Part shown: piece by piece, positions 14,328 to 28,089 of the stretch
Layout of the letters: every line of letters starts with the position of its first letter
How positions within the stretch are numbered: the stretch's first letter is position 1
From: the human T2T-CHM13v2.0 reference genome, Homo sapiens
Length of the DNA stretch: 64,000 bases
Strand: one strand, 5' to 3'
Assembly (NCBI RefSeq): GCF_009914755.1
Contig: NC_060926.1
The notes under the pieces: model-generated
Databases searched by the model: none
What the model was told of the DNA's origin: nothing
The model's input: the letters and a program-made list of their open reading frames with translations, nothing else
Translations under genes and position numbers: made by a program

Positions 14328-14690
14328 CAGAGTTGGCATTTTTTTTTCCTTCCCCCCCCACCCCCCCCCCGGTAAAGCACCAGATAGTAAATATTTTAGG
14401 ATTTGTGGCCCATACAGTTTCTGGTCTCTAACACAGGTTCTCAACTCTGTCATTTTAGTTCAAAAGGAGAAACAGACAAAGTGCGAATGAATGATTGTAG
14501 CTGTGCTAAAATAACTTTATTTGAGGACATTGAAATTCAGATTTCATATAATTTTCATGTGTCACAAAATACTACTCTTTAGATTTTTTTTAACTATTCA
14601 AAAACATAAAACTACTCTTTGTCTGTGGGATTATACAAAAACAGGCCTTGGGCCAGATTTAAACAGCGGGCTGCAGTTTGCTGAGCTCAG
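14328..14690 (+). mobile_element. MER58B (hAT-Charlie)
   Basis: cagatagtaaatattttagg...gacattgaaattcagatttcatataattttcatgtgtcac...acaaaaacagg..gggccagattt...gtttgctga; flanked by tttagat-like TSD. Confidence 0.85.
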
Positions 14691-15734
14691 TTTTAGATAA
14701 TTCACAGTAACCACTGATTTGTGCTGCTTTGGACAGTGGTGTAAAGATTTACCTATAGTACATTTTCTAAATAATATCTAAGAAAAAAAGTCATGATTTT
14801 TTTAAAGGACAGAATGTTTTCTCCCACAAAATAATTGGTCGCTGACAATTTTTTTCTTGCTGCTAACCTGATTTGTCAGAGAAGTGAGCACTACATCTTT
14901 GTGTTATGCCCTCTCCCCAAATTCCAATACTAGAAATATATTTATTTGGTTTTATGTTAAAATGCAGATGCCATCTTTTCGTATGAACTGCCATTAAAGA
15001 TAGAGGAGAAAGAATGTATATTCTGGGAATCTAGGGGCATGGCCTCAAGTTACTAATTTGATAAATTGTTTCTGAAGTCTAGTGCTTTATCTTAAAATAT
15101 TATGTCAGTTCTGCATTCTATACCACTAGATAGGTATGTTTATTTCAGGGTACACAAACTGTTTTAAGTCATTGAACAAATATGCAGTTCCTCTGTGACC
15201 TGCCATACTGCCAGCATAACCCTGAGGTCTGGGCATACCTTAGGTTAAGAAACACAGCAGCGAGGCAAACTGATTGTTTATCAGTCCCAGTTTGATGGCT
15301 TCAGAGCAGACTTTAAATGGTAAAGGAGGAATTACACGTGAGCATCCCAGTTGTCTTGTATAGTGACGTGAATGGCCCCTATTCCCTTGATCCATGGCTG
15401 CTACTTGCAGACCTAACTCCAGCCCAAGGTGGGAGAACGGCATGATCACCGTCTTTGAAGACAGATAGACAACGGTTTTAATTTTTACTGTTCCATGTGT
15501 AGTTAGACTAGTTATTGAGTTGAATTTTGTCATCTGAAAAATGAAGGTAGGATTTATGGTTCTTTAGTTACAATCCAATGACTTTTGCTAATATAATTCA
15601 GAAGGGATATATCAGAAAACTGTTGGAGGATGTAACAAGGGAAAATTAAAATATCTGGTTGGAGGAAGACAAAGGAGAGAAATAAGAGGCAATTAGCTTT
15701 CCAGGGCATTTTATTGAGCAACTATGAGATGCTG

Positions 15735-15860
15735 TGGTTAAGAAGCCATTCAATTTGCCTGGGAGAGTTCTGGTTTATACCTGTTGTACTTGCATAATTA
15801 CTCAAAGCTCCCCTTTCACCCTCAAAAATGTCTCTGTTCACATGACACATTGTCATCTTA
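15735..15860 (-). mobile_element. MER94-like hAT-Blackjack fossil
   Basis: tttgcctgggagagttctggtttatacctgttgt...ataatta...cccctttcaccctcaaaaatgtc matches the reverse complement of recalled MER94. Confidence 0.65.
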
Positions 15861-16118
15861 GAGGACTCAGAAGTTTGATCTCACTTCCGACTGTGAGTTG
15901 GTCTTGCTCTTTTTTCCTGACACTGCAGGATCTGGTTTTGTTGCCTGTGTTCAGAGCCAACCCGTATACTCCAGTATCAATTCTAGATTATTCCAGAGCC
16001 ACCTGGTGGGGGTATCCACCGTCCATGGGAAGTGAGGAGAGAGGTGGGCAAACAGACAGCCATGATATTGAACCTCAGGTCCTCACACTATTTTTTGTCT
16101 GGGAATGGAATTAGATGG

Positions 16119-16501
16119 TGATATGGTGTGGATTTGTGTCCCCACCCAAATCTCATGTTGAATTATAATCCTCAGTGTTAGAGGCAGGGCCTGGTAGGAG
16201 GTGATTGGATCATGGGGGTGGATTTCACCCTTGCTGTTCTTGTGATATTGAGTGTATTCTCACGAGATCTGGTTGTTTAAAAGTGTGTAGCACCTTCCCA
16301 CTTTCTCTCTTCCTCCTGCTCCTGACATGTAAGACATGCTTGCTTCCCTTTGCCTTCCGTCATGACTATAAGTTTCCTGAGGACTCCCCAGCCATGCTTC
16401 CTGTACAACCTGCAGAGCCATCAGCCAATTCAACCTCTTTTCTGTATAAATTACCCAGTTTCTGGCATTTCTTAATAGCAGCATGAGAATGGACTCATAC
16501 A
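16119..16501 (+). mobile_element. MSTA solo LTR (ERVL-MaLR)
   Basis: tgatatggtgtggatttgtgtccccacccaaatctcatg...aaattacccag...ggactcataca. Perfect 5-bp TSD GATGG (16114-16118, 16502-16506). Confidence 0.93.
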
Positions 16502-16559
16502 GATGGGACAGTCCATAGTATTTTGAAATTTGTCACTATCCCTTATACACATTCATGCT

Positions 16560-17140
16560 ACTTCAGTCTAATATCCATACTGTTACTCGAAATGGCTTTC
16601 TGAAACACAATTCTCTCTAAAACCCTTTTTGACTCCTCATTTACATCAAGGAAAAATAAAACTTCTCAACTTGACATACAGAGCCTTTGATGGCCTAGCT
16701 TCTGTCTTTTCTTTGTCCTCCCTTAGTTGCCCACAGCTTCCCTATCTTGTAGATTCCTCTAATATTCAGTGGCCTGCAGTCCTTATGGCGCCATACTCTT
16801 GCCCTTCTGTGACTGGGCACATGCTGTTTCCTCTGGCTGGAATGCTTTGCCCTACCAGCCTTGTGCTGGTTTTTCCTTTCAGAATCAGAGTGGAAGTTGG
16901 TTTTCTTTTCTTACTAGTTCTTTTTTTAATCTTCTGTTTGAGTTATCCTTCATACCACTCCCATAATTCCCTTGGCGGACTTCAGTTCTAAAATGTGGGA
17001 CCCCGAATTTCATTTGATAGTTTCCTTGTCTTTCTCTCTCAGTAGGTTATTGGCTTCTTGGAGGCAGAGACCATAATTTTCACCTCTGTAAACAGTGGAA
17101 TGGTACATAGCAGCTGAAAGAAGGTTGGATAAGTGGATAA
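16560..17140 (+). mobile_element. Degenerate L2 fragments
   Basis: aacttctcaacttgacatacagagccttt...gctgtttcctctggctggaatgc...cttcttggaggcagagacc. Confidence 0.5.
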
Positions 17141-17184
17141 GTGGTCTTCATGAGAAAGGAGTGTTACTTCTGGGAGGAAAAACA
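17073..17184 (+). repeat. Copy 1 of a ~112-bp dispersed direct repeat
   Basis: ataattttcacctctgtaaacagtggaatggtac...tgttacttctgggaggaaaaaca recurs at 18013-18128. Confidence 0.95.
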
Positions 17185-18012
17185 TAAATATGCAGGCAGT
17201 GGTGATAGGGATTTTAATAAGACACAGAGCACGGTACAGAATGCATGCTAATTTTATGTGGGGCTAAATTAGTGTGAATCTGTGTGGCCCAGTGACCGGG
17301 CCCATTTCAGCTTGGTAAGAAGGAGAAAGAATTGTCTGTGGCCTCCAGAGAGGCTTTGTAATTTATTTTCATCAATACACATGTTTCATTTTCTAAGTGC
17401 AAATGTTGCCACGGTGATCAGCGTCTCTGGTTTCTCTGGGAACCCTCTCTAAATACAACCCAGGGTACCCAGAGAACATGGAGAATAGAAGTTGGTGATC
17501 TTTGAATAATTGTGGAAGGCATGTGTAGTCCTGGAAGACTCAATAACACTTCCTGAATTTATAAAATGGGAAGATGGACTTCCCAGCCAATGGGCTTGGA
17601 AGATGGACACTCACTAGCAGAATTCTACAAAGGATTAATAAGTGGACTTTTTTGAGTCCTTAGTGAATCCATTTGGGTTCCTAATTATTATCTTATGGGA
17701 ATCACTTGGACTAAGGAGGTCTGTTTGTAGCCTAATTTTTCCTTAGAAAGGACATCTAATTTACTGTCTGTTTGCATATCTGTCCTCTCCACTAGCTAAA
17801 TAATTTTATACACATTTGTGTTCTTGGTTTCCAACACAGAACATGGCATGCTGTAATCACAGAGTAGCTGCTGAAAGAATAGGCTGATGAACTTGTAAAG
17901 GACATTTGGGTGGTTTTGAAACACTGAAAAAGTCAAATGAGTCAAAGTATAACATGGCTATTTAAAAAGTTATATGATCTGAGAGAGTGTTCAAAGAAGT
18001 GGTTTCTACACT

Positions 18013-18128
18013 ATAATTTTCACCTTTGTAAACAGTGGAATGGTACGTACGTAGCAGCTGAATGAAGGTTGGATAAGTGGATAAGTGGTCTGCGTGAGAA
18101 AGGAGTGTTACTTCTGGGAGGAGAAACA
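18013..18128 (+). repeat. Copy 2 of the dispersed direct repeat, inserted in L3
   Basis: Roughly 90% identical to 17073-17184 by eye, with an extra gtac tetramer. Confidence 0.95.
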
Positions 18129-18741
18129 CAGTAGGGAGTCTTAGACCTATTCTATTTTGCCCTGATAGGACTAGAACAGGAGGGTTGTATTAAATTAATC
18201 AAACTCCGTAATAAAGGAGGCATTGGAAAGTGGGAAATTATTGAGAGAAAAATGTCTGGGAGAGTCTTAAACATAAGGAGTGTATTTTGGAAAACTAGGA
18301 CAGTAATAAACAATAATTTTTACAGAGAGTTGAACTGAAAGTGCCTGCAATGATACTAACTGAAAAGAAAAGGCAAAGTCACTGGACAGGAAGCACACAG
18401 TCCACCCCAGGAAAGCTGTGATGGCTGTGGACTAAAGAACAGACAAATATGAATGGGAAACAGATTCCAAATACATTCATGAAAAGAGTAACAGTGGCTG
18501 TCCCTGATGACAGGTGATGTTTTTAATGACTTTTTATAATAACCTAGTATTAGATGCATGGTGGGGGGGACTATACATAGATTTTTTTTTCTCTTAATTC
18601 AAAAAAAATAGAACAGAGGATTCTTGTGTGGAGAAGACTTAGGGGGCAGAAGAGGAGTTAGGAGTGCTATTTTCAAATATTTATTGGGTCATGATGTGGA
18701 AAAGAGATTAGAATTATTCTGCATGATTTAGTTAGAACTGC

Positions 18742-18881
18742 TTACAGAAAAGCTAGACGAAGTTAGCTCATATTAAGTATGTCTTATGTCTCTGTGGTGT
18801 TAAAAGATAATTTACAGAAAAGCTAGACGAAGTTAGCTCATATTAAGTATGTCTTATGTCTCTGTGGTGTTAAAAGATAAT
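18742..18881. repeat. Perfect 70-bp tandem duplication (2 copies)
   Basis: ttacagaaaagctagacgaagttagctcatattaagtatgtcttatgtctctgtggtgttaaaagataat twice with no mismatch. Confidence 0.98.
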
Positions 18882-19587
18882 TTCTAATAAAAGGCAAATT
18901 TATGACTCATAGAATAAAAGTAAGTATGTGTTAAAAATCTTACTTAACTCATTAATGAGGAAACTGGTGAGGTATTACAACCAGTTCCAAGGCAAATGCA
19001 AAGAATAAACAAATTCAGATTTGCAAAATAGTTCCCAAGGAGTCAGAATCAGATATGGCGTAATTTTCCATTGAATTCCCAAATTTCCCCTAGAGTGTCT
19101 CTTTTTGACCAAAAATATTATCAAAGAAATATTGTTCTCAATCTGCAGCATGAACTGTGGTGGCTCCTGGTTCTACGTGATGTTTGGCACCAGGAATGAC
19201 CCAGAAGTAGCCAAATGATGACCTGTTGGGGATACTGTAGAAAAAGTTTACTCATAGGATAGTTGGTTTGCCAGGATGACTTTAAAGATAGTTAATAACC
19301 TCAAAATTCTAAGATATTACCTCACCACTCAGGGAGCCAGCTCCTGAACCTGTATCACTACAGCTGGGTCCTTTTACAAATTCAAGTTCCTATTAATACA
19401 AACAACTGTCCTTCCCCAGCTTATGAGGGTTTCCTGTGTTTCTCACTGTGCCTTGAGAATCTACCTGCCCTTTGGATTCTAGTTCTCTCCTTATTTGTCT
19501 GACATTCACCAACTAAACTCTCTTCTGTCTCTTAAAGCGCTTTCGACTTGGAAAAAGAAACAACTGTAGAAGATAAGATTATGTGGG

Positions 19588-20393
<806 letters not shown>

Positions 20394-20599
20394 GGGATAT
20401 AGACAAATTTCTCTTCTATGGGCTGGCTCTGTGCATTGTTCTAAATGTGAAGAGCCGGGTGTAATGTGTTATACACATATAATGCCTGGCAAATACAAGG
20501 CACTAATTAAGTATTAGTCTTCTTCACTGTCTTTTTTTTTTTTTTTTTTATCTTAGAACCTGTAAATTATAAACCAAGTGACTGCATTACCACATAATG

Positions 20600-20810
20600 A
20601 GAGGAACGTGACTTGGAATTAAATCTGAGTTTAAATCCAAGCTCTGCCACTAGCTAGCTAGCTATATGACTTAGTATGACTTAGGACAGTTTTTTTTTTG
20701 TTTATTTGTTTTCTGGATAAAACCATTTTTCTGGTCAGGGTAAAGATGAAAAACAATGGCTGTGATCATGTGGTACAGGGTAAGCACCCGATACTTAGTA
20801 ACTACTGTAA
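20600..20810 (+). mobile_element. MIR fragment
   Basis: ctgagtttaaatccaagctctgccactagctagct..atgactt. Confidence 0.6.
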
Positions 20811-21676
20811 TTTTATTCTTCTTGCATGATGATTCTTATTATATTAGTGCTTCATGACTTGCATTGCTGCTAGGGAGTTTGTAATTGTTATATTTGCTCA
20901 AACAATTGAATTTATAATCGTTGCATTCATAAGGAGAAAGATGACTGCTTTTAAAATTCTCTTTATATCCTGGACATTTTAAGACTTGAAAAATTAGTGC
21001 TTTCCACTTTTATTTTTGAACTGCTACTAAATTTAAAGGACTATTAATCCCCCATGTTTATGACTCACCAATTCATCATCAACACGATGCCTTTTAAAGC
21101 AATATGTGACTCAGGAGAAGCATGAACGAAGCGCCTGAAAGAATTTGAGGGTGGGGAGATGGTTGTGTTGAGGATGAAGGAGGAGCATTTGCATTTATTT
21201 TTCCTTTGAAGTAGAGCCCGAAAAGTTTTGCTGAAGAAAAGATATCTGAGCATGTGCTTGAGTTTGATTCATTAATTTTCAGTATATCTTAAACTTAGTT
21301 TTTCAAACTCTTTTTATTTTACTATCATATGAGCTCACAGCAGGAATGCCAAACCACAGTGCCATTGTGTGAGGCACAAGGGTGTTGAGGACAGTATGAA
21401 AATTCCCTTTTGAGTCTGATTTTCTGAAATACCAGAGGCCACAGTTCTGAGTGGCTAGTGCAAGGGAAAGAAATGTACCCATGCCTGGGTTAGAAAGGCA
21501 AGAAGCTAGTTCCTTCCTAGCTCCAGAATTCTCAAAGAGAATAGGCTTGAAGAAGTCTATATTCCTCCTTTCTTAAGACCTACACTAAACACTAAACTCT
21601 TTGACTATGCTCATGGGAATATCACGTAGAATTCCCTATTGCAGAAGATGAGTAGTCTTCTACATACTGTACTGCT

Positions 21677-22207
21677 GATGGTAAGCCGACTTCTCAGATA
21701 GCCCCCAAGATTTCTGTCCCCTGTTCTACACACCCTGCATAATGCCTTCCATTGGTGTTGGCAGGACTCATGAATATGATGGGATAGTCACTGACTTGTT
21801 TATGTTACATTATATTAAACTCCATCTTAACTGACAGAGAGAAACTCTCCTCCTGGCCTTAAAGGAGCCAACTGGTATGTGTGGAGAAGGTCACAGGGGA
21901 AGGAACAGTGGGAAGCCTCTAAATACTGAGCATGGGACTTGATGGACTGCCAGCAAGAAAGTGGGAAGCTTCGTCCTATAACTGCAAGGAACTGAATTCT
22001 GCCAACAACCAGTGAGCTTGGAAGGGGCCTCAGATGAGATCAGACCATGGCTGACACCTTAATTTCAGCCTCATGAAACCCTGTTCCCAAAGCCCACCTA
22101 CTCTATGCTGAACTCCTAACCATGGAAACTGTGAGATAATAAACGTGGGTTGCTATAAGTCCCTATATTTCTATTTATTTGTTATGCAACAATAAAAAAT
22201 GAATACA
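21677..22207 (+). mobile_element. MLT1F-like solo LTR
   Basis: gaatatgatgggatagtcact...gccagcaagaaa...ctgcaaggaactgaattctgccaacaacc...gaaactgtgagataataaa...ttgttatgcaacaata...aataca. Confidence 0.85.
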
Positions 22208-23671
22208 ATTCCAATTTCCAGGAGCAGGGTATCAAGTCTCTTAGTTAATAAACAACAAACAAACAACAACCAAAAAAACCACTCTGTGCACAACCACACC
22301 CCAAGTTGTTTTTGTTCAAGTAACTCACAAAAGACTTCTCCGCCTCCCATTATCACAGACTTTCACAAAACCAGTGGGAGCCCCTTTATAGCTGGACATG
22401 GCCATGGCCTACATGACTTTCTAGATGAGCCTAGCTGAGCTATTACTGATTTCGTGGAGCAATTACTTTGTGTAATAACCTGTGACTGACTGAAAGCCTA
22501 TTGTTTCACACTTCTTTTATGTGTCCTTATAATGATTTTCTTAAGGCCAATTGCAATCTCCTATGTATTTCCCTACCAAAGAATACCTTGATCTTGAATG
22601 TTCCTTTATTTCCATGCTGCCCCCACCTTTCTCCCAAATGTACATTCTAAAGGGCCCTTTCAGCATATTGCTTATTTAGAGTGAATACATGAAGATGCCT
22701 TTTATATGCTTAGGGGAAGAAGAAAAGACCATCCAGTAAAAATTTCATATTGTTTTTCCACCCAAGTGTATCTTGCTCAGATAAACGGGCATCACAAAGG
22801 CCACCCTGGCATTCCTGCCAGCATTTCAGCATTCCATGCCCCATCTCTCTCTTAAATTGGAAAACATTTTTACCGATTTCTTAATATGTTTGAATTCATG
22901 TTTTTCACAACATCCCTGATATATTTGGGGGTGCTGGATTTGAATATGTAACCCTTTTCTTGCTAAATAGTCGGGTTTTTATTAATTGGCTTCTGACTTA
23001 TGGAGCTATATTTACAGCTCTGTGAGGTAGATAAATTCACAGCATAAAATAATATCCTCCCAATCATTCAAGGCAGTCAGTTTGCACTCACACATAACCC
23101 AGATGCACTTAAAATAAAGGTGTCTATCAAGCAGTAAGTAACGTGATTTCTCAATTGCCCTGTTCGTAGATTGAGACAAGTCTATGTGGGGCAATTTTTC
23201 AAGAGCGTTAGGAAGGGCTGTCTCCATAATATTTCCCTACTCTGTCCCTTTATTGATGGCCAATATTCCATATTTATGTAATGATTCCTCTGGCCCCTAT
23301 AAAAATGGAAGTAAGCCGAGAAAGGAGTTACCTGGTATTTCTCAAACTGTTATATAAACCAAGCCACCATATTTTATAATTCTGAAGGCGTACAGCTCTC
23401 ATGTTATTCTATGTGAATGGTGCCCCCTGGTGATGTGCTGTATCTATGCTGCAGTGAACTTAGTGGATGTATGCTCAAGATTCTGCTTTGTTTGTACATT
23501 ATTCAAGTTTTTAAAAATGTTCATATTTTCATGGGAATGAGTTTATCAGTTCCTCTCTTGAAAGCATGTTTGATTAGAAAGAGTGCAGACTTGTTTGTGT
23601 GGTTGCTTTATAGTGTCATTGGCCTGAATTTTTTTTTTTTAAAGGAGCTATAGCTAATTAAAACAAAATTA

Positions 23672-24090
<419 letters not shown>

Positions 24091-24457
24091 CATAAAAGGA
24101 ATTCAGCTTTAGATTGTTAAAAGCACACAAATCCTTGCCATGTAAGTCTTAAATACTTATTATACAAAAAATCCAAATGCAAAAAATGTTTATGTAGTAG
24201 AAGAATGGAATATGATTAAACCTTTTCCAAAATAGAAGCGTGTGCTTACAAATCATAGCATTTAGCCATATTATGCAGCCCAGAAGAATAAATAAGTAGA
24301 TACTTTTTAATATATAAAAAAGAAAGCGTGCAGAGATCAAAAAGACAGAAGCTATGTGAGAATGGGATCCGCAAAAATGCAGAATAAAAGTTTACTCTTT
24401 TTGTTTTGTTCTCAAAACTCTTCCTCCTGCTACTTCTTTTAACAGCTCCCTGCCATG

Positions 24458-24630
24458 ATCCACCATCCATTTATTCATTCATTCATTTACCCATCCATCT
24501 ATTATCCATCCATTCATTCATTCATCCATCCACCCATCCGCCTACCCATCTATCTGTCCATCCATTTCTTCATCCATATATTCATCGACCCAACAAACAT
24601 CAGTTGAGTGCCTGTCATTTGCCAAGCATT
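24458..24630. repeat. (TCCA)n/(TTCA)n low-complexity tract, probably an L2 tail
   Basis: atccaccatccatttattcattcattc...catccatccacccatcc...aacatcagttgagtgcctg. Confidence 0.8.
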
Positions 24631-25736
24631 AATGGATGATCCAGTACCCAATTTGAATTTCTTTACATAATACCTCAATGATCCAGAGAGAAAGAGGACA
24701 TTGAAAAATTATCTGTCGTTCAGAGATTGGAGAGTAGTGTGCAGCGGAATACATTCAAACTTTTGAAGACAGCTTTTTGCAATTGTGCCTTATACTTCCT
24801 TTTCCCCACTTTCTCTCTCCCTCCCCCTCTTGCTGACAGAATGTACAAAGGGTCCTAGATTCAGTGTGTACTGGGTAGAGGTGCACAGAAAATTGCCTCA
24901 AGTTGTGCAATGTGGCAGCCCTATAGACTTCAGGAACTTTGTTTTGCAATATACATTTTTATTTGTTTCGTTTATTTTAATAAGCTATTTTTCATTAAAG
25001 CTTCAAGCTTATTATCTCTCCTCCAGAAGGCTCATTTTCTAACAAGGTTAGATGCAGTTTTTCTTCTTATTGATTGATTGATTTACAGGTAAGAGGAGTG
25101 AATGTCTATATACTTGGTCAGGTTCACTTTGATTCCTTATTTCTAAGATGAATTCAAATGTAATGAATCTCTTGAGCCAGACAGGAATTCTTGTTAAATA
25201 TCACATCTCTCTATTTCACTTTAGTCTTCTACTTAATGGAAAACTGAATAGGTCCAAAGATTGCAATTTCTGCTTTATTTGGCATAATGCCGATACAAGG
25301 ATCAATTACATCTTAATGATTATATCCCTTATACACTTGATTGCTTAGGCCAGTATATGACCCATTATGTGAAGCAGTCAGAATGCTTTCACCATCTCAG
25401 AAAGAGAATAACTTGAGCCTGCACAATCAAAAATATATCACCGTAACTCTTTTCTTCTGAAAGATAGAGCCATATTCTTTTGAACAGATAACTGAAATGA
25501 GAAAAGCTGACATTGTATTACTAACAAATCCCTTAGACATTTGCTTTAGAATTAAGTGTGACACATTGAAAGACATGGTTAGAGAACTGCTTTAGTTCTC
25601 TACCAGCTCAAGAACATAAACAATATGAACTGGGGTTAGAAACTCCTTAAAGAATCCATGGAAGAGAAATTCATTAAATAAGGTAAAATAACAAGGAAGC
25701 TGCCATATCATACCTTTAAAATTCTCTTATGAAGTT

Positions 25737-26052
25737 GTATCTTGGGTTCATCATGAAACAGTGCTCAGTGAAAGATTTGGGTGCAAAGGATTTATTATGA
25801 ATGTGCGTTCAGGAGGAACCCCTAAGGGAGTGGGGGAAGCAAAATTGGATATGCGGGGAAAGCCAAGCAAAGGTTTGCTTTTACCTGAACTCAGATCTAT
25901 CCCAAAAGGTGCTCTGGAGCATAACTTACAAGAGACCATCCATCCTTAAAGGGGTGCAGGTACTAAGTATATGGAAGGTGGGTGATGAACACACCATGCT
26001 TGGAAAGGAATCTACAGGGAGTTGCATGGGGTACCAGTACTGTTCAGTGCAC
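25737..26052 (-). mobile_element. ERVL LTR16/LTR33-like LTR relic
   Basis: aagatttgggtgcaaaggatttatt...caggaggaacccctaagggagtgggggaagc...aagccaagcaaagg...gctctggagca. Confidence 0.55.
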
Positions 26053-27019
26053 TGAAATGCTGAACTCAAGATTGGAAAATTTTGTCAGAGGTTGGTTTCT
26101 GTAAAACTCTCCAAGTTTGTTATAACACACTCTATTCTGGGGTCCTTTGGAATAGTAGTAGAAAGGAAAACATGGCTGTGGAGTCAGAGAGGCCTAGGAT
26201 TGAATCCTAACCCTGCTATATGCCAGCAAATAGAAAAACCTGGCCTAGAGTAAATAGCACCATCCCTAAATATATACACATTAAATCAGCAGTGCTCCTC
26301 CTCACACACATCTGCTTTCTATAAAATTTAATATTTGGAACTTTTTCACCATAAGTCATTTAAATCTTTGTTTTTGACTTTTCTCCTCCAGGAAGATTTT
26401 AATTTTCAAGCTTACTTCTCTGCAAAATAATGGGATTTAACCTAATTTCAAATGATTCCTGGCAACAGAGAAATACTTATGGTATGCTTATTTGTGGAAA
26501 CAGAAAGTCCTTTTTCTTCCCAGAGTCCTCTCTGCAGATGCACCTGCCCACTCAGCCTGCCCACAATGCAGGCCCTCTTTTCACACACCCTTGAAAGAAA
26601 ATTCTTCAAGGAAGTCTAAAGACAAAGACAAATTACAAGAAAGCACTGCTTTTATTTTCATTTTTTCCAAATTAAGCTCCTGACCTACAATTATTATTTT
26701 GTGTTCTTTCCTCTTCCTCAAAGCTGGTTTTACTTTCTCTACTGCATTCCCTGATCCTAAGGTATCTGGCAGTTAGTGGTCAGCAGGCTGTCAGGCAGCT
26801 CATCATTTGGTCAGGATCCAGGCTACCCTCTGCATCTCTCAGCCAAAACCCTCCATGTGTACCCTCGTGGTTTTTAAAAGAAGACAAATGGCCCTTCTGG
26901 GACCCAGGTAGCCAGATGGAAAAACATGGCCCTCCTTGGTCTTGGCTGGGGTGAGAACCTTCTTCCCGAGTCATTCATTAGCTCAAGCTTCTTTCAAATC
27001 AAGAGATTCCACCAATTGT

Positions 27020-27336
27020 GGCAGGGCATGGAGGCTTATGCCTGTAATCCCAGCACTTTGGGAGGCTGAGGCTGGAAGATAAGTTGAGCCCAGGAATTTG
27101 AGACCAGTGTAAGCAACATAACAAGACCTCCTTGTTTCTACAAAAATTTTTTTACAAATTTGCAAGGCATGGAGGCATGCAACTGTAGTCCCAGCTACTA
27201 AGGAGGCTGTGATAGGAGGATTGCTTGAGTCTGGGAGGTGGAGGCTGCACTCAGCCATGATGGTGCCACTGCACTCCAACCTATATGACAAAGCAAGACC
27301 TGTCTCAAAAAAAAAACCATAAATAAAAATAAAAGA
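27020..27336 (+). mobile_element. AluJ SINE
   Basis: J diagnostics ttgagcccaggaattt, ggaggattgcttgag, gccatgat. TSD aagagattccaccaattg (27001-27018) / aagaaattctaccaattg (27337-27354). Confidence 0.95.
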
Positions 27337-28089
27337 AAGAAATTCTACCAATTGCAAAACGTTAGGCTTTAGAAATCTTTCAATCATAGGATATTATTGC
27401 TGGAGGGAGCTTTAGAGATCATTTTGTCCCACCTATTAATTTCAGAGAAGAATGGACTGAAGCTTACATAGCTTAGATGTTTTCCGCACAATCACACAGT
27501 AGACAATGCTAGCAACTACACTTCTATGACAACAATGGTTGCCAGACTTTTATTCATTTATTAGCATTATAGCCTCTGTTTTGAAAAAAATCTTGCTGTG
27601 AAATATACCAACTGGACCTAATTCGTATGAAGTGGGAGATGGGGAGCCCAAAATCAAATCTATACCCCTTTCTTCTTTTTGCAGCTCTGTGCCAAATTCC
27701 CTCTTGAAAAACAAACAAACTTTTAATGGCTCTTAGAGACCTAATTCAGTGCTTTAAGTTTCTGATGGGCCTTTATTATGGAGCTTGATTAATATTGTTT
27801 AGAAAGTCCTGCACCCGATCATGTGTTTCAAGCTTGGAATGTCCCGTAAAAAAGGGAAGCTCTGGCCAAACAGGTCAGTGTCAGTTTGGGTCCAGAGCCT
27901 GGAAAGAGGATCAGGGAAGCTGGAGAAAGAACCAGATAGTGGCTGAACAGAGCCCTGAGCTTCCAAGCCAAGTTTGGAGTCTAGGAAATAGTCTGCAAGG
28001 CCAAGTGGAAGGGGCTGAACTGAAAAGAGAATGCTGAGCCAAGGTTCAGGAGCTGGGTTAGAACTGGATGGAAGGAAAGTTAAGGGAAT

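Larger units (their letters stand above)
17450..19315 (+). mobile_element. Fragmented L3/CR1 LINE, interrupted by several insertions
   Basis: Collinear CR1-like pieces: gatctttgaataattgtgg..cctggaagact..gcagaattcta (17.5 kb); aatgagtcaaagt..atggcta..aaaaag (17.95 kb); tttcaaatatttattggg..atgtggaa..gagattaga (18.7 kb); tail ggatgactttaaag..aaattctaagat (19.3 kb). Confidence 0.6.

Noticed and set aside
14352-14370. C8-A-C10 run as a functional G-quadruplex or i-motif
   Set aside because: It is a homopolymer expansion inside a MER58B fossil with no supporting context.
24406-24639. ORF with a signal-peptide-like start (LFLLLLLLTAPC)
   Set aside because: It has a non-ATG start, and the remainder is translation of a (TCCA)n tract.
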